A stretch of 64,000 nucleotides of DNA from an uncultured Ruminococcus sp. (GTDB taxonomy: Bacteria > Bacillota > Clostridia > Oscillospirales > CAG-272). The notes beneath the pieces are model-generated. The model ran no database searches. It saw only the letters and a program-made list of their open reading frames with translations, and was not told where the DNA came from. The stretch lies in the NCBI GenBank assembly GCA_902782445.1, contig CACZNC010000001.1:9939-73938 (forward strand), given 5' to 3'. Shown piece by piece: positions 54,829 to 62,472 of this stretch; positions within the stretch are counted from its first letter, which is position 1; each line of letters begins with the position of its first letter. A program made the translations under genes and the position numbers.

Positions 54829-56508
54829 TTACACATATTTGCTCAAGCAACATACCGTCTCAACGTGTGATCCATCGTCCAAACTCAAAATCATATCCTC
54901 CTTGATGATCGGGAGCCTGAAAGTGATGGATTTCAGCCACTGACCGTTCGGCTGTCTTTCCTTGTACACCTCGATTTCGGAGATCAGGGCTTCCATCATC
55001 TTTCGCTTTTCGAGATCGGACATCTTGGAGTACAGCTTATCAAAGTAAATCAGGATCTTGTAGATGTTGTCTCCGGTGAGCTTCTCCGCCTCGATCGACA
55101 TCTTCTTCGCTCTGGCTGTGATAAGCTCGGATTCGGTGTCGTCTATCTTATCATACATCTTATACAGCCGTTCGTCAAGATCTGTTTTTCTCCTGGTGTA
55201 ATGTTTGTCGTCAGGATCGAGCGAATCGATCTCGTCGAGCAGCCTTGCCTTCAGGGAATACTGCTGACGAAGTTGCTTCTCGAGGGCGGTTATTTCTTCT
55301 TCAATCGCGGCGGTATCCACCTTCATATTGATCTTTTCCTGCATCAGAGCGGCGAACTCCGGGTTGCTCACCAGTTTCATGAGAATTTCCGTCACCGCGT
55401 CGTTCAGCACCTCTTCATTGATCTGCTTTTTGTAATCGCATTTGTGTCCGCGTGTCAGATCGCGGTGCTTGCAGCCATAGTAGAAGAAGTCCTTGTATTT
55501 CGAGCCGTCCGGTTTGTATTTCGTGCATTTGTTGCCGTACATCCCGGCGCCGCATACGGGACAGCGGACGATCCCGGACAGCAGATGAACGTTTTCGTCC
55601 TTTCCCCGGTTCACGTGCTCGTATTTCTCAGCCATGACACGGAGCTTTACCTGCGCGGCATCCCAAACCTCGGGTGATACGATAGGTTCATGACGTCCGT
55701 CGACAAGGAGATAATCGTCCTGCTCGACCAGGTGGTATTCGTTGCGGGTCCCGTACACCTTTTCCGTCTTCCTTCTGCCGTATGCGATTTTTCCGCAGTA
55801 CACCGGATTGTTCAGAATCCGGCGGATCAGAGCGGCGTTAAACAGCGGATTTTTGCCGTTCTGCCGTTCGATCTTCCGAATTCCATGGTTTTCGAGATAT
55901 TTGGCAATTCCGTTCGCTCCCGAATCCGTGTGCACATACTGATCGAATATCATGCGGATCGCTTCGGCCTCCTCTTCGTTGACGATCAGTTCGCCGTTCT
56001 CCAGCTTGTAGCCGTAAGGAGCGAAACCGCCATTCCATTTGCCTTCCCGGGCTTTCTGGATCCGTCCTTCCATCGTCTGAACCCGGATGTTCTCGCGTTC
56101 GATCTCCGCTACGGCGGAAAGCACGGAGATCATCAGCTTCCCGGCGTCTTTTGAGGAATCGATCCCGTCCTCAACACAGATGAGATTGACGCCGAAATCC
56201 TGCATGGTCTGCAGAGTGGAGAGCACATCTGCCGCGTTTCTTCCGAAACGGGACAGCTTGAACACGAGGACGAAGGACACGTCGTCTTTCCCGGTTTTGA
56301 TGTCCTCCATCATACGGTTGAACTCCATCCGTCCTTCGATGGATTTGCCGGATTTTCCCGCGTCCTCGTATTCGCCGACGATTTCAAAACCATTGAATTC
56401 AGCATAGGCTTTCATTCTGGTTTTCTGTGCATCCAGAGAGTACCCGTCGACCTGCATTGTCGTGGATACTCTCGTATAGATGTACACTTTCTGTTTTGTG
56501 TTGTTCAT
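54829..56508 (-). CDS. Large serine recombinase
   Basis: N-terminal resolvase domain YIYTRVSTTMQ..SLDAQ, recombinase domain, zinc-ribbon CPVCG..C, coiled coil. 559 aa. Confidence 0.93.
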   Translation of the reverse strand: MNNTKQKVYIYTRVSTTMQVDGYSLDAQKTRMKAYAEFNGFEIVGEYEDAGKSGKSIEGRMEFNRMMEDIKTGKDDVSFVLVFKLSRFGRNAADVLSTLQTMQDFGVNLICVEDGIDSSKDAGKLMISVLSAVAEIERENIRVQTMEGRIQKAREGKWNGGFAPYGYKLENGELIVNEEEAEAIRMIFDQYVHTDSGANGIAKYLENHGIRKIERQNGKNPLFNAALIRRILNNPVYCGKIAYGRRKTEKVYGTRNEYHLVEQDDYLLVDGRHEPIVSPEVWDAAQVKLRVMAEKYEHVNRGKDENVHLLSGIVRCPVCGAGMYGNKCTKYKPDGSKYKDFFYYGCKHRDLTRGHKCDYKKQINEEVLNDAVTEILMKLVSNPEFAALMQEKINMKVDTAAIEEEITALEKQLRQQYSLKARLLDEIDSLDPDDKHYTRRKTDLDERLYKMYDKIDDTESELITARAKKMSIEAEKLTGDNIYKILIYFDKLYSKMSDLEKRKMMEALISEIEVYKERQPNGQWLKSITFRLPIIKEDMILSLDDGSHVETVCCLSKYV

Positions 56509-56604
56509 AACTCATTCCCTGATCATACCTTTGACGCAGCGCTGCTTTCCTCTGCTATCCTCGTTCAAAAATCGGGTTTGGACACCGATTACACGAATAT
56601 TGTA

Positions 56605-56844
56605 TCATAAAATTTCGGCATTTTCAAGTGTTTTTTCAGAATGTTTGGTTTTTTTCTTACAGTCGATACGTTCTTCTTCGCATCCTTTCTTAAACCTCGG
56701 CGGATCGGGAAGACTGTCAAGGTCGATCTCCCCGGCATACTTTTCGATCATTTCAGCCAGAAAAGCCGCAAATCCGCTCCACACATCCTCATTCCACTGC
56801 ACCGTGCCGTCGTTCCTCCTTTCCTCTGTTTTTGCCCTGAGCAT
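56605..56844 (-). CDS. Small hypothetical protein downstream of mob
   Basis: 79-aa ORF overlapping the mob 3' end by 56 nt. An internal Met at 56751 would remove the overlap. No recognised motif. Confidence 0.35.
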   Translation of the reverse strand: MLRAKTEERRNDGTVQWNEDVWSGFAAFLAEMIEKYAGEIDLDSLPDPPRFKKGCEEERIDCKKKTKHSEKTLENAEIL

Positions 56845-57769
56845 ACGCCTCCAGGATCTCCCTCGGGATCCTCTCCACCGTCTTCAAAAGCTCGGCGTAC
56901 TCCTGCTCCCGCTTGAACCGCTCCATCTTCTCGGCTATCCGCTCCCGCCCGGCATCCTCCGCTTTGGCGAGCCTGCCTTTCAGCTCTTCGTTCTCTTCGG
57001 TCAGGGCTTTGTTTTTCTCGACCGCCTTGTGAAGTTTTGTCTTGAACTTCTCCACCCCCGGGATATACTCGTCCAGAAGCTCGGCGATCTCCGCGGCGCG
57101 GGATTTGGCGTTGAAGGCGTTCGTCCAGGACAGCAGCTCCATGAGCCGATCCCTCTGGGCGTTCAGGTGTACAGCCTCCTTATACAGCCGCGGCGGAAGG
57201 TGCTCCCGTCCGGTCTGGCTGGCGCTCTCTCCCCGTTCCAGCTCCGGGTACTTCTTCACCATGTGCTTCCAGAACTCGTCCTGCCACCAGATCAGCTTCT
57301 TCTTGTTCCCGACAATATCCTTTGCTGACAAGCGTCCGTCCTCAGTCAGCGGTACGAAGCAGAGGTGCATGTGGGGCGTCTTCTCATCCATGTGCACCAC
57401 CGCGGAGATGATCGTCTTCTCACTCTGATGGGCTTTGACGAAATCCAGCGCATAGGCGAAGTATTCCTTGACCTCTGCTTTCTTCTTTCCCTTGAAGAAC
57501 GCCGGGCTTGCGGTGACGAGGGCTTCGACCACCCTCACACTGTCCGATCGGGTTCTGCATCCGGCCTCCGCGATCTGTCTTTCAGCCTCAGCCCGGTATT
57601 TCCGATCCGGCGTCACAAGGTGGAAGTTGTACTGACTCCGGCTGGTGTCCACATCGGGATTGCTGGCATACTGCTCCTTCGTGCGTTCGTTGTGTGCTTC
57701 GATGTGTCCGATCTCCGGTCCCTTGTATTTGGCAAACCGGAGGATTCCGTACTGTGCCTTTCCCATCAA
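56789..57769 (-). CDS. mob: MobV-family relaxase (plasmid recombination enzyme, Mob_Pre)
   Basis: N-terminus ILRFAKYKG..IGHIEAHNER and the HMHLCFVP histidine motif typical of Mob_Pre relaxases. Confidence 0.9.
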   Translation of the reverse strand: MMGKAQYGILRFAKYKGPEIGHIEAHNERTKEQYASNPDVDTSRSQYNFHLVTPDRKYRAEAERQIAEAGCRTRSDSVRVVEALVTASPAFFKGKKKAEVKEYFAYALDFVKAHQSEKTIISAVVHMDEKTPHMHLCFVPLTEDGRLSAKDIVGNKKKLIWWQDEFWKHMVKKYPELERGESASQTGREHLPPRLYKEAVHLNAQRDRLMELLSWTNAFNAKSRAAEIAELLDEYIPGVEKFKTKLHKAVEKNKALTEENEELKGRLAKAEDAGRERIAEKMERFKREQEYAELLKTVERIPREILEAYAQGKNRGKEERRHGAVE

Positions 57770-58023
57770 TCCCCCTCCTTCTTCTGCCAGACGATCCTGT
57801 AACCCAGAATGTCGGCCAGCTCCACGACCTCATGATACCGGATGGAATCCCGGCTCAATTTGGCAGAGAAATTCGATACGCTATCACTCCAGCCGTATTT
57901 TTCAGCCAGAGTCGCCACAAGCTCCTGCATCGTGAGCCCTTCGCGGATGATGTGCGCCTTGATTTCGCTCCGTGCGCCGGGATGGATTTTTGGACGGATG
58001 GTTGGATGGTTTGTGTTTTTCAT
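57766..58023 (-). CDS. Small DNA-binding-like accessory protein upstream of mob
   Basis: Start MKNTNHPTIRPK with AGGAGG RBS. 85 aa. ATGA-type overlap with the mob start. Confidence 0.55.
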   Translation of the reverse strand: MKNTNHPTIRPKIHPGARSEIKAHIIREGLTMQELVATLAEKYGWSDSVSNFSAKLSRDSIRYHEVVELADILGYRIVWQKKEGD

Positions 58024-58120
58024 GAATGGTTCCTCCTGTGATTTTCGATATAATGAAACGGTTTCTCTGTATAGCGGTGAAAACCTTGTATTTACTGTGT
58101 TCCGGCGTGAACTCCAAAAG

Positions 58121-58184
58121 ATCCATCCCAAGCATCCCATATATACCGCGCCGATTCGGGACGTTTGGGATGGATGGGATGGAT
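58121..58184. repeat. Inverted and tandem GGGATGGAT repeats (candidate oriT/operator)
   Basis: ATCCATCCCA-AGCATCCCA ... 27 nt ... TGGGATGGAT-GGGATGGAT. Intergenic, upstream of the accessory-mob operon. Confidence 0.45.
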
Positions 58185-58200
58185 AAATCAAAGTCCAGCG

Positions 58201-59493
58201 TCATAACATTGTAGGCGATATCAGACCTTCGATCCCCCAGAATCCGTTGACCCGCTTGCCTTTGCGGTTCATAATGTGATTGTCGTGTTCCAACCGGAAC
58301 TCTGCCGCGTGCTTATTGAGTGTTGAACTCACGGTCCGGGCGGACAAGGGCTTCATGGCGTTGTCCTCACACCATTGCTTGTAAATCGCATAGAGATCGG
58401 CGGAGGGGATCGTGCTGTCCGCTTTGAGCCGGATATATCCCTCCGAACGGAGAAAGGGGATCACATTGTCAGCATCTTGTCGGGCTTCCTCCCGGTTGGC
58501 CTTTGTCTGCTCGCTCTCGGTGAACCGGAACCCGTTCTCCGTCAGCCTCTTTAGTCCCGTGAGACACCAGAGGAAGATTCCCTCGGCCTCGGCGCAGAGC
58601 TTGTCCGCGAGGAAGGGATCGTCCTCCCGGCCTTCCGGCTTTTTCTTCACCGACAGGATCAACTGCCGACGGAAGAACCCTTCGGAATGGTCATACAACG
58701 CCTGCAAGTCTCCGTTTGAGAACGCGAGGAACCGGACATACATCTCGCCTTGATAGCTCTGCTCCCCCTTCTTTTCGAGATCCATCGGCATTTCCGCCGT
58801 AATGAGGGATTTGAGATAGTGCGTCGATTTCAGGGCTTCCATCTGCATATCGTCGTCCACCATGCAGAGCTCATGCTCCAGATCGGCCCGGGCAAACGGA
58901 CTGTGCTCCACTTTGGCGATACTGCCGTTTTTCAGATTGTCACCGAGCAGAGCCCGCATCACGATCCCGATCCGCGACTTGCCCTCGCCGCCGCTGCCCT
59001 TGAGAAGAAGCATCGTCTGGCCCCGGGTTGTCGGGATCAGGCAGTAGCCCATATACTCCTGAAGCGTCATCGCATCCTCATATTCCAGAAGGTCCTCAAT
59101 AAACAGTATCCATTTCGCGGGCAGGTCTGCGCCGGGATTGTACGCCACCGGCAGGCGGTTCCGGCAGAACTCCTTGTCCGTCGTGAATCTCATGCCGTCG
59201 AGAAATAGTGTTCCATTGGCCACATGGAGCCGGTCCGTCTGGACAGGCAGATCCGGGCTGAACGCTTCAAGCCGCAGGGTGTCCAGCAGGTTCTTCACCT
59301 TCTTCGCGGCTCCGGTACTGACATAGGGTTTCAGCAAATCGTACATCTCTTTTCCGATCCGGGCTTCGTCCGTGATCCGCCCCTCCGTCGTGAAAAAGCT
59401 GCCGTTCACACAGATCATGGGGTGATCCGCCAGATAGTCATGACAGAAGAGCGTTTCGAACAGGTGCTTTCCGTCATACCAGACCGGGAGCAT
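58201..59493 (-). CDS. P4/D5-family primase-helicase (phage/plasmid primase C-terminal NTPase)
   Basis: Walker A GSGGEGKS, Walker B-like MVDD. The ORF extends to a TTG at 59592 (56-nt overlap with the upstream gene). ATG 59493 with a GAGGAG RBS is preferred. Confidence 0.85.
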   Translation of the reverse strand: MLPVWYDGKHLFETLFCHDYLADHPMICVNGSFFTTEGRITDEARIGKEMYDLLKPYVSTGAAKKVKNLLDTLRLEAFSPDLPVQTDRLHVANGTLFLDGMRFTTDKEFCRNRLPVAYNPGADLPAKWILFIEDLLEYEDAMTLQEYMGYCLIPTTRGQTMLLLKGSGGEGKSRIGIVMRALLGDNLKNGSIAKVEHSPFARADLEHELCMVDDDMQMEALKSTHYLKSLITAEMPMDLEKKGEQSYQGEMYVRFLAFSNGDLQALYDHSEGFFRRQLILSVKKKPEGREDDPFLADKLCAEAEGIFLWCLTGLKRLTENGFRFTESEQTKANREEARQDADNVIPFLRSEGYIRLKADSTIPSADLYAIYKQWCEDNAMKPLSARTVSSTLNKHAAEFRLEHDNHIMNRKGKRVNGFWGIEGLISPTML

Positions 59494-59536
59494 CTCGTCC
59501 ACGATCTCCTCTTCGGTTTCTTCCTCCGTCCCCGGA

Positions 59537-60136
59537 TTATCTGCACGCAATGCTTTCTTCTTTTTCACGAATGCCCTCCAAATATTGTTCAAGCTCCCCG
59601 ATCTTTCCTTCCTCCTTCATGCTGTTCACAAGCTCACGCTTCGTCTTCGTGTCCGCGGCGATCAGAAGATCCACCATATACGTCACCGGCTCCATCATCC
59701 GGCAGGCTTCGAGAAACCGGGGATGAGGAGTTTCATCCTCGGAGTTCGGCGCATATCGTACCTTCCACCCTCGCAGCAGTTCCAGAAAGTCGGTAAGTAC
59801 CCTGAAACAGCGACGTTCCTCATCGAGGGTATCCTTGTACGTCCGAAGGCGTTCCATCACAGAAACGGGGTAATTACCCCCGATTCCGAAGTCTTCCGTG
59901 AGTCTCCGCGCCGCCTCCCCCGGCGAGAGCCCCGTCAGCTTTGCCGTGAGGGTAATCACATCCCCGCTTGCACCGCATCCGAAGCAGAAGTAGTAATCCT
60001 CATTCAGCTTCATGCTCGGGTGCCGGTCGTCGTGGAAGGGACACCGGGCCATCCCTTTGCGGTCGAAATCCAGTCCGTACCGCTCCGCCGCCTGCTTAAT
60101 CGTGACGGCGGATTTCACTTTTTCATAGATCGTCAT
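59537..60136 (-). CDS. CHC2 zinc-finger (primase-type) protein
   Basis: CPFHDDRHPSMKLNEDYYFCFGCGASGDVI. Confidence 0.85.
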   Translation of the reverse strand: MTIYEKVKSAVTIKQAAERYGLDFDRKGMARCPFHDDRHPSMKLNEDYYFCFGCGASGDVITLTAKLTGLSPGEAARRLTEDFGIGGNYPVSVMERLRTYKDTLDEERRCFRVLTDFLELLRGWKVRYAPNSEDETPHPRFLEACRMMEPVTYMVDLLIAADTKTKRELVNSMKEEGKIGELEQYLEGIREKEESIACR

Positions 60137-60247
60137 GCGATCCTCCTTTCCGACGATTTTTCACCGTCTATATACACTTTACGGAATCCATCCGCCCGAA
60201 AAGGAGATTTTGGCAGAAGTGCAGAAAAGAAAAAATCCTTCCCCGGA

Positions 60248-60267
60248 AAATTGCAGAAATGCAATTT
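60248..60267. promoter_or_regulatory. Palindromic operator candidate
   Basis: AAATTGCA-GAAA-TGCAATTT perfect 8-bp arms in the divergent control region. Confidence 0.4.
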
Positions 60268-60347
60268 CAGGGCGGGAGCACTGGATTCAACTCAGAAATC
60301 AAGATTAACAGTCGTGATAAATCGACGCAAAATGACAAGAAAATCTC

Positions 60348-60376
60348 TTGACAGAGAAATTTGTTCATGATATAAT
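60348..60376 (+). promoter_or_regulatory. Sigma-A type promoter of the XRE-sigma operon
   Basis: TTGACA-17 nt-TATAAT. Confidence 0.6.
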
Positions 60377-60413
60377 AATATTGAAAGTCAAAGAAGGAGG
60401 CTATTTGTCGAGA

Positions 60414-61241
60414 ATGAATGAACGAAACTATCTTCCGGGCACGATCAGGGAACGCTTACAGGAGCTGATGAAGAGAAGGCATATCAAGCAGGCGGATCTG
60501 GCAGAAAAGATCGGGGTGGACAACGCGACCCTCAGCCGCTTCATCAACGGCAAGACGGACAAGATCAGCCCCGACGCCATCGTCCGCATGGCGAAGGAAT
60601 TTGAAGTCTCCACGGACTTCCTGCTCGGGGTGGTGAACGATCCGGCACGGAAGAATTACGACATCGGGGAGATCGGCTTGACCGTGGACGCCGCGCGGAA
60701 CCTGTACACAGGAAAGGTCAACGCCGACGTGGTGAACCGCCTGCTGACGAACGACCGCTTCGCCGATACTGCGGATCAGATTGCCCTGTACCTCGAAGAC
60801 CGCCTGGCCCGGGGTGTGGCAGCACAGAACGAGATTTACGGACTGGCCTGCAATCAGTTGAAAAAAATCCCGGACGCAAAAAAAGATGCGGACGAAATCC
60901 ACAGCTGGATCTCAAATCCGCATCGGGACGAGCTGAACGGGATTACAAGTTCCTTTGAAGCCTCACTCCGGGAAATCAAGAAGGAATACGGTTCGGACAA
61001 TCTGAAAGAGACGCAGGTGATGAGCCGGGAGATCACGCGGGGAATGTACGCCGAGGTCATGAAAGGGCGGGACATCCGCGATCCAAAGCTGACGCCGGAG
61101 GAATATGTGGATCGGGTGTGCGTGTATCTCACAACGAGTCAAGGCATATCGGAAACCTTGCTGAAACCGTTCCGATGGGTGTTGATCTTCCTTTTGAAGC
61201 TCTTCGGCGGAAAGGCGGCTCATGGACAAATCAACGACTAA
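60414..61241 (+). CDS. XRE-family HTH transcriptional regulator with long C-terminal domain
   Basis: Start MNERNY with AAGGAGG RBS. HTH IKQADLAEKIGVDNATLSRFINGKT. Confidence 0.85.
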   Translation: MNERNYLPGTIRERLQELMKRRHIKQADLAEKIGVDNATLSRFINGKTDKISPDAIVRMAKEFEVSTDFLLGVVNDPARKNYDIGEIGLTVDAARNLYTGKVNADVVNRLLTNDRFADTADQIALYLEDRLARGVAAQNEIYGLACNQLKKIPDAKKDADEIHSWISNPHRDELNGITSSFEASLREIKKEYGSDNLKETQVMSREITRGMYAEVMKGRDIRDPKLTPEEYVDRVCVYLTTSQGISETLLKPFRWVLIFLLKLFGGKAAHGQIND

Positions 61242-61884
61242 CGAAGAGCTCTGTCTCGCAGCTCAGAACGGCGACGAAGAAGCCGGCAACCTCCTGATTG
61301 AGCAGAACGCCGGGTTCATCGTCATGACCGTCCGGTCCGTGCTCGGTCTGTTTGGAATCAAGCCCTGGGAAATCGGGCTGACCTATGACGACCTGCTTGA
61401 AGAAGGGCGGATCGGGATGTGGAAGTCCATAGCGAAGTACGACCCGGAGAGCGGGGCGAACTTCCTGACCTATGCGAAGCCGGCAATCCGACACGCGGTG
61501 ATCGATCTCATCCGCCAGCAGCGGCAGGACATGGAAGCGCTGTCCGACCGGATCACCGTCGAAGCACTGGAAACCCGGTACAGCGAGGGGCAGCGGTACA
61601 CGGTCTGGGACGATCTCGCCGAAATGCCGGACATAGTCGGCGATCCGTTTCATCAGTCGCCGGAGCAGATCTACATGGAAAAGGAACTGATCGAACGCCT
61701 GTACCGCGCACTGATCGACGTGGGTGAGCGGAGCGGCACCTATCTATGCTACCGCTTCGGGTTCGACGACGGGGACGAGCATTCCGTCCGGGAAACCGCG
61801 GAGCATTTCACGATTACCGAAACCATCGCAAAATCCGTGGAAAGAACCGCGCTGGCTGAGATGCGTCGGGAAATGGCGGGATAA
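61222..61884 (+). CDS. Sigma-70 family RNA polymerase sigma factor (MGE-borne)
   Basis: Region 2 (DDLLEEGRIGMWKSIAKYDP..FLTYAKPAIRHAVID) and region 4 HTH (SVRETAEHFTITETIAKSVERTAL). Confidence 0.85.
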   Translation: MDKSTTNEELCLAAQNGDEEAGNLLIEQNAGFIVMTVRSVLGLFGIKPWEIGLTYDDLLEEGRIGMWKSIAKYDPESGANFLTYAKPAIRHAVIDLIRQQRQDMEALSDRITVEALETRYSEGQRYTVWDDLAEMPDIVGDPFHQSPEQIYMEKELIERLYRALIDVGERSGTYLCYRFGFDDGDEHSVRETAEHFTITETIAKSVERTALAEMRREMAG

Positions 61885-61921
61885 GGGGAACGGGGGAACG
61901 TCGCCGCGGCGGGAGTATATA

Positions 61922-62296
61922 CCTTTCGATCCCCCGGCGTCGTGACTCATGCCTCCGTCATGAGTCCGAGCCTACACACACCCGGAGGGGAATCACAGGC
62001 TTTCACGCCCACGATTCCCCTCCGTTCTGCTGTCATCGGAAAGACTCTGCGTCTCTCGCGCATCCCCTTTCCGCTCCCAGCGGGATCCAAAGGTATAACA
62101 CACTAGACTTTCACGGAAAGTCGTGTGCCAAAAGGAACGCTGTCCCCTTTGGATTCCTCTGCCACGAAACCTCCGGTTTCTTTGGATTCTTCCGGCCAAC
62201 AGAGAGCCTCCCGCCCCCTATTGGATGACCCCGGGCAAAGGGGAGCGCCCCTTTGAAATCCCCCGCCTAAGAATCCGGTGAGAATCTTTGGAGTCC
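61922..62296 (+). repeat. Iteron-like YCTTTGGADTCY repeats interleaved with perfect hairpins (non-coding)
   Basis: Direct copies at 62146, 62179, 62250 and 62285. Inverted copy at 62084-62094. Degenerate copy at 61922. Hairpins at 61944-61966, 61983-62024 (12 bp), 62097-62130, 62236-62255. Confidence 0.45.
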
Positions 62297-62472
62297 GCCG
62301 TCAAAATGGCATACGTATGCACGCAGATCTATCTAACAGAGATTGCAGTGATCCAGCCACGTACATGTTCATGGCGGCGTTGTGGGCGATTATCTCACGG
62401 CAGCTTGCAGGGGAAGAGGTTCGGGGTGGGGGAAGATACCAGATTGGCGATAATCCGCGAAGAAGTCGTTGA

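Larger units (their letters stand above)
54803..62338. mobile_element. Integrative mobilizable element (serine recombinase, MobV relaxase, primase-helicase, XRE, sigma factor)
   Basis: Contiguous MGE gene set. Flanked by the imperfect direct repeat TGCAnnnAnATCTATCT(C)AACA at 54794-54815 and 62318-62338 (17 of 22 aligned positions, hand-aligned). GC is intermediate. Confidence 0.55.

Noticed and set aside
61993-62199. 68-aa minus-strand ORF (and the plus-strand ORFs 62278-62557) inside the IME terminal region
   Set aside because: The translations are R/G-rich or lack an RBS, and they overlap the hairpin/iteron structures. These ORFs are treated as non-coding.
54829-62472. Model in which the IME itself sits directly inside the RumA-type gene with crossover in the VETVCCL codons
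   Set aside because: No methyltransferase 5' coding sequence is present at the right end (61.9-62.47 kb has no such ORF in any minus frame). The 17/22 direct repeat fits different termini. The tail similarity is reported as a separate unresolved observation.
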